From IMG/VR virus record IMGVR_UViG_3300025777_000005, positions 1 through 34,861 of that record: a DNA stretch of 34,861 nt; one strand, 5' to 3'. The stretch comes from a virus. Lineage: Duplodnaviria; Caudoviricetes. Below the pieces are notes generated by a model. That model saw nothing but the letters and a program-made list of their open reading frames with translations. It had not been told where the DNA came from and did no database searches. The position numbers and the translations under genes were made by a program. The stretch's first letter is position 1. Each line of letters begins with the position of its first letter. Positions 8,291-15,722 of the stretch are shown here, piece by piece.

Positions 8291-8324
8291 GGGGCGTGGG
8301 GGGGTTCGATTCCCACCCCTCTCA
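8291..8324 (+). other. tRNA-like 3' fragment (T-arm plus acceptor strand) at a convergent junction
   Basis: GGGGG-TTCGATT-CCCAC-CCCTCTC-A; no 5' half seen upstream. Confidence 0.5.
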
Positions 8325-8780
8325 TCACCCCCCATACATCGGAAGAAGGATGCTTGCAGCCTTTTTCACCACCGGCACCACGCTAGGCGAGATCCTGTGA
8401 TCCGCTACAAGCATGTTCACCACCACATTTGCGCTGGCGGGGCCGAGCTTTTCCTTTAGCTCCTTCATTTGATCATTCACCCTACGGGTGCGAGCATAGA
8501 GCGTATCGGCCATGTGGGAGGCTGATCCCGTTGAGGATGTAGGCTCCATGCTGGAACGAGAGCTGAATGTCATTCCGCTTTTATACATGTCCGACGCGAA
8601 GCTCTGGAGGGTGCAATGTTCATCAGCCTCAAGATGTCCCGCAAATAATAGACGGTCGAGCTCTGAGGTGGATGTGTTGCGATACCGCTTGGGTGCGTTA
8701 AGGGCTGGGCTTGTAAGCTCTTCCTTATATTCCCCGTGAGCAAGTTGTTCTTTTGTGGGGGCGATTGTCTCATTTTTCAT
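8325..8780 (-). CDS. Hypothetical phage protein
   Basis: SD GGAGGA; coupled to the DUF3310 gene. Confidence 0.75.
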   Translation of the reverse strand: MKNETIAPTKEQLAHGEYKEELTSPALNAPKRYRNTSTSELDRLLFAGHLEADEHCTLQSFASDMYKSGMTFSSRSSMEPTSSTGSASHMADTLYARTRRVNDQMKELKEKLGPASANVVVNMLVADHRISPSVVPVVKKAASILLPMYGG

Positions 8781-9120
8781 TTTGTTCCTCCATTAATTTA
8801 TTAATATACCAACGGGCTTTAGCAACAGATTCAGATCCGCCCTTATATCTTTCTCGCCAAAGATACGCAGCTATGGTTCCCTTTAGGAACCCTCTGTATT
8901 CTTCTTTAGTGAGTTGGGCTTTAATTGCGTCGATACATTCTATTCCACCTTGTGTATAGTGAGATGGATTATTAACGGGGTCCGCTTGCGCGGTTGTTGA
9001 GTGTTCCGATCTAGCCGCCTTTAAGGCTTCTTCATCCCGACAGGTTGGGCAGAACGGGTCCTCAATATCCGCATAGAACGGGCCATGCTCTCGACAGGCA
9101 AACTCTTTAATTACAGCCAC
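8770..9120 (-). CDS. DUF3310 protein (T7 gp1.7 nucleotide-kinase-like / SaV-like) with N-terminal Zn ribbon
   Basis: 'DPVNNPSHYTQGGIECIDAI...YLWR..YKGG...KARWY'; N-terminal CxxH...CxxC. Confidence 0.85.
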   Translation of the reverse strand: MAVIKEFACREHGPFYADIEDPFCPTCRDEEALKAARSEHSTTAQADPVNNPSHYTQGGIECIDAIKAQLTKEEYRGFLKGTIAAYLWRERYKGGSESVAKARWYINKLMEEQNEK

Positions 9121-11990
9121 GGTGGATCTCCGGATGCTAATGGAACGGGCTCAATGTCGGGAATGTTGTCCGCTAAATTCATGGGCTTTCCGGAATAAGC
9201 GGAATAGATAATCTGTCTGGGCGGGGGGGTATAGTGGGACGGGTCTAAGAACCTACCGGATACGACGTCGTACTGCACATCCACCTGACCCAAAGATCCA
9301 ATCCATGGGAAGCGGGACTTCCAGCATTTTACAATATTTTGCCCATTGCCGTCATTGCCACGTGCAACCGTAAGCCCAACATCCGCCTTATTAAAGTACC
9401 CCGCCGCGCCGCTAATATCGTATCCGCCGGGGAGAGATGTCGTTCCGTCCTCGCGGCGCATCATCTTTTGCGGGTGAGCGACACAAATAATATGGGCATC
9501 GTGGGCCAATGCCCACTGCTTACAGAGGCTTAGGGCGTAATTCACCCATTCATGTTCGGCCATTCCCTTGTCTCGGGCGAGATACGAAAATGGGTCAATA
9601 ATCGCCACTCGAATTCCCCAGCGCATAACGGCCATCTCAAGACGCTGGATTACGTCCTCAATGGTCGGTAAGCCGCCGTCACCGTCTAGAAAGAAAAACC
9701 GATCATTTAGCCAAGCGACCGAGGAATCCATTTCGGCCTTGGTCATTTTTGGTGACGCGCCATCAAAGAATGGCTTCCCCGTAATGATTGAGGAAAGTTT
9801 TGCAATGTGGATTGCCTGTGGGTTTTCAAAACTAGCGACAGCGCAATTCCAATTTTCCCTCTGAGCCACATTGATCATGATCTGATCAAACAGGGAGGAA
9901 TTGTGGGTCGGTATAAAGTGCTCAGTGATCAAAAATAGACTGCTAGAACTATCAACCTGAATGCATCTCACGGGAACGGAATCAATTTTCGAGCATTCCG
10001 TAATAATCCTGTACGGTAGTCGATGTGGTTTGTAGGAAATACGTGCAAGTTTTCTCGCAAGTCTGAATACAGGGATGTTTGGATTGAAAAATATACGATA
10101 TCTTTCTCCAACACATGCGCCATTAAGAATAGCTCGACCAACGCTAAGCTTTGCCTTAAGGCCCAAACTATTTATAAGTTCTAAGGAATCCTCAGTCAAC
10201 CTCTTGCTGGAAAATGACAATTCGCAATTTCCTTGGCGCGAGCAAGTTCCGTCTGTATCCATAAGGCCCTGCAAAAGGGAAAGGCGCTGATCGTAAGAGG
10301 CGCGCAGATATCGCTCTGGAATATGCTTATTATTTAGCACGCCGAGTTCGCGCAACGACCCGACCAATCCATGAATTGTGTGAGAAAATTCAGCCTTGTT
10401 TTTTCTGACAAAAAGACCGGAAACGCATATATTTTTTATAATTTCAGAATCTTTTTCATGGCATGTAAAACCCCCGCTAGTGGATGTTCCGTCACCAAGC
10501 CAAGCCCCAAGCGTGTAGGGGTCCACAACCAGATCGTGGCGGTCCGGCAGCGCAAGAGGGGAGGCAAGGCTAATCGCGTGATTTTTTTTGCCGCGATAAA
10601 TAAGCGTGTTTGATATTTCCCCCGTAGTGACAACTTTGGGGAACGTTCGCTTATGAGACTGGTCTGACCCGCGCAAACTTAAGCCGCGCTTTCCAGTGGG
10701 CCAGTTCCTGCGGTAATCTCTGGCAGACATACGGGCGGCATTGGAATTGGTAAGCCATTGGTGATTTTCATCCGCCACCACCTCAATCCCGTCATCGAAA
10801 ATAATTCTATAGCAAGGGCGATCCAACATTACGTCAGTTGCGGCGACCACGTTACACGAGCGACCAAACTCATCAAAAACCCTATCGCCAACTTTAATTT
10901 CGCCCATTGTTGTCCAGCCCGAGGGCGTTGGGATTCGGGTGTCGAGACTTAGAGCCTTACCCGAACCCGGCGTCCCAGTAACTACGGTGAGCATACCGGG
11001 GGCCATGGTGTAAATCTCATCGACGCAAGGGATTCCCGTGCTGGCTCCGCCGCAGGTCCCCTTAATGTAAAGATCCTCTACCGCCTTGGCGTAAAAATCA
11101 GTCGTATGAATGCCGTTGATCGGCCAAGGTTCGGCGGCGGCAATTGCATCCTTAAGCGCTTGAGGGCCCAGCTTGAGAAGTACATCATTGGCGTCCTTGC
11201 ACCCATCGGGGTGCGCAACTCGCCAGCAGCGAGCCTTTCCAATTCTCCGCGCTAACTCCTCAGCCAATGCCTTTCCGGGCTCATCGGCGTCAGTGAAAAG
11301 AACAACTCGCTTGGCTGATTGGAATAACTCTTTCGCCGTCCACACATAGCGGAACTTCCCGTCCTCACTGGGGTCTATTTTGCTATCGCTTACTCTCTGC
11401 GGAGCGCCATTAGGAATGGACATTACATCAGTAAAGCCAACCTCCATCAGGGAGAGGGCGTCAATTTCACCCTCCACAAGCAAGATGTCATCGCCGGTTA
11501 ATTTATCCGGCTTATTCCACCATGTCTCACAAACACCCTTTTGCCAAAATTTCTTCTCAGAAATTCCCCGATACTTGTACGCGGATATATTTCCCTTCTC
11601 CCCGCGATACGGGAACGCGATGGACTGATCGTCCGACACCACTCCCGCCCTCGTGGCTGTCTCCCCGCTAATTCCCCGCGAAAGAAAATACCCCTCTCCC
11701 GCCGCAGAGAGCCCGCTGGACGGGTGTCTCACGACTTCCGCTGGTGGTGTAGCCTGACGGGTCGGGGCGGGCTGTACGGGCTTCCTGACGGCTTGGTACT
11801 GTGTGGCCTGTTCCGCGGGGGTCATGCCGTGAGCCTCACACTTCTGACACATCCAAAGCAGTTTGTTCCCGTCGCGCCCGATGCAGAAGTTCCTGACCCG
11901 TGCGGGGTCCTCGCAGAAGGGACAGGGGAATCGTTGCTGCGGCCCAGCGTCAGGGCGGTAGTTGTAGCGCACATATTCATCAACATTCAT
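9111..11990 (-). CDS. Bifunctional primase-helicase (T7 gp4/Twinkle-like), intein-containing precursor
   Basis: Zn finger CPFC..CQKC, TOPRIM 'VEGEIDALS' / 'TDADEPG' / 'KDANDVL', Walker A GTPGSGK|S split by an intein, 'IIDP', 'VAHPQK', 'ISGA', 'KSRF'. Confidence 0.95.
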   Translation of the reverse strand: MNVDEYVRYNYRPDAGPQQRFPCPFCEDPARVRNFCIGRDGNKLLWMCQKCEAHGMTPAEQATQYQAVRKPVQPAPTRQATPPAEVVRHPSSGLSAAGEGYFLSRGISGETATRAGVVSDDQSIAFPYRGEKGNISAYKYRGISEKKFWQKGVCETWWNKPDKLTGDDILLVEGEIDALSLMEVGFTDVMSIPNGAPQRVSDSKIDPSEDGKFRYVWTAKELFQSAKRVVLFTDADEPGKALAEELARRIGKARCWRVAHPDGCKDANDVLLKLGPQALKDAIAAAEPWPINGIHTTDFYAKAVEDLYIKGTCGGASTGIPCVDEIYTMAPGMLTVVTGTPGSGKALSLDTRIPTPSGWTTMGEIKVGDRVFDEFGRSCNVVAATDVMLDRPCYRIIFDDGIEVVADENHQWLTNSNAARMSARDYRRNWPTGKRGLSLRGSDQSHKRTFPKVVTTGEISNTLIYRGKKNHAISLASPLALPDRHDLVVDPYTLGAWLGDGTSTSGGFTCHEKDSEIIKNICVSGLFVRKNKAEFSHTIHGLVGSLRELGVLNNKHIPERYLRASYDQRLSLLQGLMDTDGTCSRQGNCELSFSSKRLTEDSLELINSLGLKAKLSVGRAILNGACVGERYRIFFNPNIPVFRLARKLARISYKPHRLPYRIITECSKIDSVPVRCIQVDSSSSLFLITEHFIPTHNSSLFDQIMINVAQRENWNCAVASFENPQAIHIAKLSSIITGKPFFDGASPKMTKAEMDSSVAWLNDRFFFLDGDGGLPTIEDVIQRLEMAVMRWGIRVAIIDPFSYLARDKGMAEHEWVNYALSLCKQWALAHDAHIICVAHPQKMMRREDGTTSLPGGYDISGAAGYFNKADVGLTVARGNDGNGQNIVKCWKSRFPWIGSLGQVDVQYDVVSGRFLDPSHYTPPPRQIIYSAYSGKPMNLADNIPDIEPVPLASGDPPWL
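9900..10955 (-). mobile_element. Class 3 intein (352 aa, residues 346-697) with LAGLIDADG homing endonuclease
   Basis: Starts ALSLDTRIPTPSGW; block B 'ADENHQW'; block F 'VRCIQVD'; ends 'IPTHN' followed by Ser. LAGLIDADG helices 'LGAWLGDG' and 'LQGLMDTDG'. Confidence 0.92.
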
Positions 11991-12340
11991 ACACCCCTCC
12001 AGCCGGTCGAACCTCTATCCTCGCATGGGCATAAGCCGCATGAGAAGGGGTCTGTTTTGATGCTGGAACAACCCCCTTCACAAGGCAAAACAGATGCGCT
12101 AAAACTCGACTCATGGGTCCACCTCGCGATGGGTGGGTGTCTTGTGAACGGAGATCGGGAGCACCCCGAGAGCAGCCGAGTACCAAGTCGCGAAAACCGC
12201 TGACGAGCGGATAAACGGCAACTACACCCGCATTTTTTGCCGAAATGCGGGGCGAGAACCCGTGGGCTCCGCCCTGTTGATACAGTCCTCACAAGACAGC
12301 GTAGCTGTCTTGAACATCCTTTCGGATGTTTTTAGTTCCC
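11991..12340 (-). ncRNA. Candidate ~350-nt structured RNA or leader of the primase-helicase operon
   Basis: About ten helices, GAAA/GCGA/cCACGg loops and G:U pairs on the minus strand, two possible pseudoknots, and TATAAT just upstream of 12340. Confidence 0.6.
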
Positions 12341-12346
12341 AAAAAT

Positions 12347-12357
12347 ATTATATTATA
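12347..12357 (-). promoter_or_regulatory. Overlapping TATAAT -10 boxes pointing into the structured region
   Basis: + strand ATTATA at 12347-12352 and 12352-12357; no consensus -35. Confidence 0.4.
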
Positions 12358-12397
12358 ATCTTTCCCCCTTTAGGGGTAGGTATAATATAAATATATT

Positions 12398-12559
12398 TAG
12401 TAACATGTTAGTAACTAAGTATATATGTTATCGAGATATACCCCTTAGGGGGGGGTATATCTCTTCATGATAACTAGTAACATGTTATTAGTAACACGCT
12501 ATTAGAATCACGTTATTAGAAACATAACCGATCATGTATCAACAGGATACTAACATGTA
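12398..12559. repeat. AT-rich iteron-like tract with 12-bp inverted repeat (candidate replication origin)
   Basis: 14-bp tandem units TAGTAACATGTTAT / TAGTAACACGCTAT / TAGAATCACGTTAT / TAGAAACAT (12475-12525); extra copy at 12398-12410; inverted repeat GAGATATACCCC..GGGGTATATCTC (12433-12463). Confidence 0.65.
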
Positions 12560-12770
12560 TAGGTATAAGACTAACAACAATTATAATAACTATAATAAAA
12601 CTAGCTTATACCCTATTGATGGTGTTAGAAAACAGTTTCTGTTGAAATACATTAACGCTAAATTAAGATCTATGGGAATTAGAGGAAAAGAAATAAATTA
12701 TCCACTGGAACAAAAACTGGAATTTTTAGGTGTTATATCGACAACAAGGAATCTTGTTATAGGTATTTAG
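12534..12770 (+). CDS. Hypothetical AT-rich ORF, possibly the N-terminus of a frameshifted HNH gene
   Basis: ORF track; Asn/Tyr-rich start; the HNH frame is already open from 12683. Confidence 0.4.
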   Translation: MYQQDTNMYRYKTNNNYNNYNKTSLYPIDGVRKQFLLKYINAKLRSMGIRGKEINYPLEQKLEFLGVISTTRNLVIGI

Positions 12771-12775
12771 ACACT

Positions 12776-13075
12776 ATGCATAAAAACGAGACGCGGACTA
12801 AGGTTGAGGAAAGAAAAAATCCCGCCGCAATTGGTTTTTACAAGACAAGAGAGTGGCGAGAGCTCCGCTACAAAATCTTATTGAGTCAGGGCCGAAAGTG
12901 TTGTATCTGTGGAACAACCCCCGACAAGGGGGCTGTGTTGCATGTGGATCACATCATGCCGGTTAGTGGTTATCCAGAACTAAAGCTTGCCGAAAGAAAC
13001 CTACAGGTTTTGTGTGAGGAATGTAACATCGGAAAATCCAACAAAGACACAACCGATTGGAGGGGATTGGTTTGA
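12776..13075 (+). CDS. HNH endonuclease
   Basis: 'FYKTREWRELRY', CCICG, 'LHVDHIMP', 'NLQVLCEECNIGK'. Confidence 0.9.
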   Translation: MHKNETRTKVEERKNPAAIGFYKTREWRELRYKILLSQGRKCCICGTTPDKGAVLHVDHIMPVSGYPELKLAERNLQVLCEECNIGKSNKDTTDWRGLV

Positions 13076-13413
13076 CGAGCTCGGCAAGGAAATTAAAGGT
13101 GGAGGAAATTCTTAGGAATTTCAGCGAGCCAGAAGTCACTGTTATTAAATCCCTTATTCAAAACTATCTCCTGCTAAGGGCGCTGATCAAGCGAGATTCA
13201 ACATGTTCCGATATCTCAGATATGACCGAGGCTGAGGTTGCGGAGGTTCAGAAGATGCGGGAGATGGACGCGAGTTATCTGAACGCCATATCAGGCGCTG
13301 GAGACTTCTACGCGGGTAGTAAGTGGCGGGAGTTGGTGGACTGCGCTAAGCGGGAATACGACGTGACCCTAGCCACCACGGGCGCAATCAACGCCACAAA
13401 ACAATTTAGATGA
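13072..13413 (+). CDS. Hypothetical phage protein
   Basis: TTG 13072 overlaps the HNH stop; SD GGAGGGG 6 nt upstream. Confidence 0.65.
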   Translation: MTSSARKLKVEEILRNFSEPEVTVIKSLIQNYLLLRALIKRDSTCSDISDMTEAEVAEVQKMREMDASYLNAISGAGDFYAGSKWRELVDCAKREYDVTLATTGAINATKQFR

Positions 13414-13487
13414 TGGTGCTCCGCCGAGGAATCGAACCCCAAACTTCTGATTACAAAACAGATGTTATTCCGTTTAACTAGCGGAGC
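13414..13487 (-). tRNA. tRNA-Thr(UGU), 74 nt, encoded CCA
   Basis: GCTCCGC-TA-GTTA AACGGAA TAAC-A-TCTGT TTTGTAA TCAGA-AGTT-TGGGG TTCGATT CCTCG-GCGGAGC-ACCA; G1-C72 and C2-G71. Confidence 0.92.
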
Positions 13488-13501
13488 AATAAACGTCGCT
13501 C

Positions 13502-13837
13502 TTAAATCTCTACACCTCTGTCCACGCCGGACGTGAGGCCTATATTCATGTCCTGTGATAGTCTCAGGATGGATGCTTTCCTATATGGCATAGGCTTGGC
13601 TAAAGCCTCTCGGAGTTTTGATTCCAACCAGTCCGCATCCACAGCCGCGTGATCACACACCTCTTGGAAGTCTGGCGTCCCGATCCATTGAGCGGCATCT
13701 AAAGCCGCCTCTACGTCAGCGCATACGAGGTCTCTCAAGGCTTGAGCAATACAAGCTCGCCACAATACACGCATAGCGGTAAGCTCCCCGTATTCAGGAT
13801 CGTCTTTGACCACAAAATGTGTATCAGGTTTGCGCAT
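13502..13837 (-). CDS. Conserved-looking hypothetical phage protein
   Basis: 'LWRACIAQALRD...AAQW...DFQEVCDHA' pattern; SD GAGGGG. Confidence 0.75.
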   Translation of the reverse strand: MRKPDTHFVVKDDPEYGELTAMRVLWRACIAQALRDLVCADVEAALDAAQWIGTPDFQEVCDHAAVDADWLESKLREALAKPMPYRKASILRLSQDMNIGLTSGVDRGVEI

Positions 13838-14297
13838 TTATTGGATACCCCTCGTCTGGCATATCTCGGAGATAGGCTTGAATAAATCCAGATTTCGGGT
13901 AATCTTCCTCCCCCATGTGCGTTAATGTGATTTCCACGCGAGGACGGTGCTTGTCTATTCCGCACCGCAGTACCTTGTGCTGGATTTGCCTGTCGTTTTT
14001 AATCACGCCGCATTTTTGCAGAAGATCGCAGACCAGCGTGTCGTCGAGATCTGACCGCCTTGAGCGGTAATAGATCGTGCAATCAAGTTTCAAGTCGCCC
14101 GTCATGGGCTCATCGAATTGCGGGCACTGTTGCTCGAACGCCTGAGCAAACTCAAACGCACTGGCGGACTTGATACTGATCGGCTTTCTCCCCCGCATGA
14201 CAATCCGGCGAGAGTTGGATTTTGAGGCGCATTGCCCGTAGATAAGTATCTTTATCGGCACGGGATTCACGTAAGTGACTGGCGCTTTTTTCGTCAT
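13824..14297 (-). CDS. rusA: RusA-like Holliday junction resolvase
   Basis: 'SKSNSRR', 'RRSDLDD..VCDLLQ..VIKNDRQI', 'DKHRPRVEI'. Start reassigned to ATG 14297. Confidence 0.8.
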   Translation of the reverse strand: MTKKAPVTYVNPVPIKILIYGQCASKSNSRRIVMRGRKPISIKSASAFEFAQAFEQQCPQFDEPMTGDLKLDCTIYYRSRRSDLDDTLVCDLLQKCGVIKNDRQIQHKVLRCGIDKHRPRVEITLTHMGEEDYPKSGFIQAYLRDMPDEGYPINAQT

Positions 14298-14323
14298 TGC
14301 ACAGAAATTTTTCGCAACATGGA

Positions 14324-14351
14324 TTGACTGGAACTTTTTTATCTTTAGTAT
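14324..14351 (+). promoter_or_regulatory. Sigma70-type promoter
   Basis: TTGACT-N16-TAGTAT in the divergent intergenic region. Confidence 0.6.
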
Positions 14352-14411
14352 TTGGTTCACGGGTGGAGCAATTATACCCCCGAGCCAGAGAATGTGAAGG
14401 AGGACCAACAC

Positions 14412-15380
14412 ATGGCTGTTAAACCCAAAGTGAAGGCTGTTAGTAATAACGTTCCCTATACCAATCTGGAAACAATCACTCCCGAACGAGCTCAACAGCT
14501 CCTCAAGGGAAACACTAACAATCGCACGTTCAACTTTCGACATGCTTATCGCATCGCCACGGATATCTCATCTGGGCGGTGGGACCTAAACGGGGACACG
14601 ATCAAAATTGCCTCCGATGGTCTGATCCTCGACGGACAAAACCGCCTCGGGGGAATTATTCTTTCCGGCGTGGCCGTTCAAACGATGGTGACGTACAACC
14701 TGCATCCGAGTGTTTTCCGGAGCATTGACGTAAATGCTCGCTCCCGTGGGGCGAGGGATGTTCTTGACCTTGCGGGACACCATAATTCCTCCCGCATGGC
14801 CGCTGGGGCGTCTTTGTTCTGGCGCTTGATCACAAATGCGGAGTGGACCGCAACTCCACCAGCGGGCTTCGCGCTGGACGTTATCGACCGTTATCCGTCG
14901 ATGGGGGTTTGGGTTGATCGTTTCACATCCTCGAAACAAATCCGGATGCTGATCACGCCGTCAGTGTTTATTGCGGCCATGACCTACCTCTCGGATGTTG
15001 CCTTGCGTCCGGATCTTGCCGAGCGTTTGTGTGATGGACTCGACACTGGCGCTGGCCTAGTTGACGGCGATCCCGTGCTTGCCTTGCGCAATCGCCTGAT
15101 TAACGAACGCTCTAGACCGCATCACGGTGGAGCCCCCACCCGCACCCTCTGGCCGGTATTTGTTCGTGTAATAGATGCCCTTGAGAAGGGCGACACTTTG
15201 AACAGGTTCCAGACGGAGCGTCAGGTGAGCTCTCCGCAGCGTCCGAAGAAATTTGCTGCTCACTACGCCAAACTCACTTTGGAACAAAAAATGGCGGACC
15301 TGATCGCCACTGGACGAGCGGTGGGGATTACGCAAGACTTCATTGACAAACTCGGACCGACACGGATCGGCAAGGCCTAA
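14412..15380 (+). CDS. ParB/Srx-like N-terminal domain protein (DGQHR-type)
   Basis: 'ITPERAQQLL..N.NNR', 'GRWDLNGDTI', 'LDGQNRL'; strong SD AAGGAGG before ATG 14412. Confidence 0.8.
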   Translation: MAVKPKVKAVSNNVPYTNLETITPERAQQLLKGNTNNRTFNFRHAYRIATDISSGRWDLNGDTIKIASDGLILDGQNRLGGIILSGVAVQTMVTYNLHPSVFRSIDVNARSRGARDVLDLAGHHNSSRMAAGASLFWRLITNAEWTATPPAGFALDVIDRYPSMGVWVDRFTSSKQIRMLITPSVFIAAMTYLSDVALRPDLAERLCDGLDTGAGLVDGDPVLALRNRLINERSRPHHGGAPTRTLWPVFVRVIDALEKGDTLNRFQTERQVSSPQRPKKFAAHYAKLTLEQKMADLIATGRAVGITQDFIDKLGPTRIGKA

Positions 15381-15387
15381 CGACGAT

Positions 15388-15415
15388 AAGGGGGGCTCCG
15401 GCCCCCTTTATTTTT
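15388..15415 (+). terminator. Intrinsic terminator
   Basis: GGGGGC-TCCG-GCCCCC followed by TTTATTTTT. Confidence 0.8.
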
Positions 15416-15428
15416 ACAGGAGAGATAA

Positions 15429-15722
15429 ATGCGTAGTTCATTAATTTGGGAAGACGCCCCGAGAGAATATTATCCGGCCTCCCTTGAACAGGACGGAATA
15501 TTTTTCAAGCTCACGTTCCCGGATTTTCCGGAGATTGCGACCATCAGAGAGCCAACGATCTCTGAAGTTCTTGAGACGGGTGAGAAAAATTTGGGATGGG
15601 CGATCCGAAAGAGGATGGAAACTGGAGTTATCTTCCCATATGCTTCCAGTGCTGAATCCATTAAGGGCGAGGTTTGTCTCATTAAGCCGACAGCCACCCC
15701 CCCAATTATCGGAGAGGAATGA
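15429..15722 (+). CDS. HicB-like antitoxin domain protein, no cognate HicA in window
   Basis: 'YPASLEQDG..F.LTFPDFPEIAT...T..EVL......L....M..G...P..S' matches the HicB N-domain pattern. Confidence 0.7.
   Translation: MRSSLIWEDAPREYYPASLEQDGIFFKLTFPDFPEIATIREPTISEVLETGEKNLGWAIRKRMETGVIFPYASSAESIKGEVCLIKPTATPPIIGEE

Noticed and set aside
11987-12292. 101-aa ORF whose stop overlaps the primase ATG
   Set aside because: Cys/Arg/Ser-rich with no motif or clear SD; RNA structure explains the region better. Not fully excluded as a leader ORF.
12000-12295. Resemblance of the structured region to RNase P RNA (ACAGA..CGGCTTA, GAGGA) or tmRNA (GGTTCGA)
   Set aside because: It lacks the GAGGAAAGUCC P4 strand, a paired T-stem and acceptor/CCA ends.
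12398-12559. Possible CRISPR array
   Set aside because: The repeats are 14 bp, directly tandem and have no spacers; no cas operon is present.
14298-14543. N-terminal extension of the RusA ORF, and the 14352 start of the ParB-like ORF
   Set aside because: Both run through the divergent promoter region; better starts exist at 14297 and 14412.
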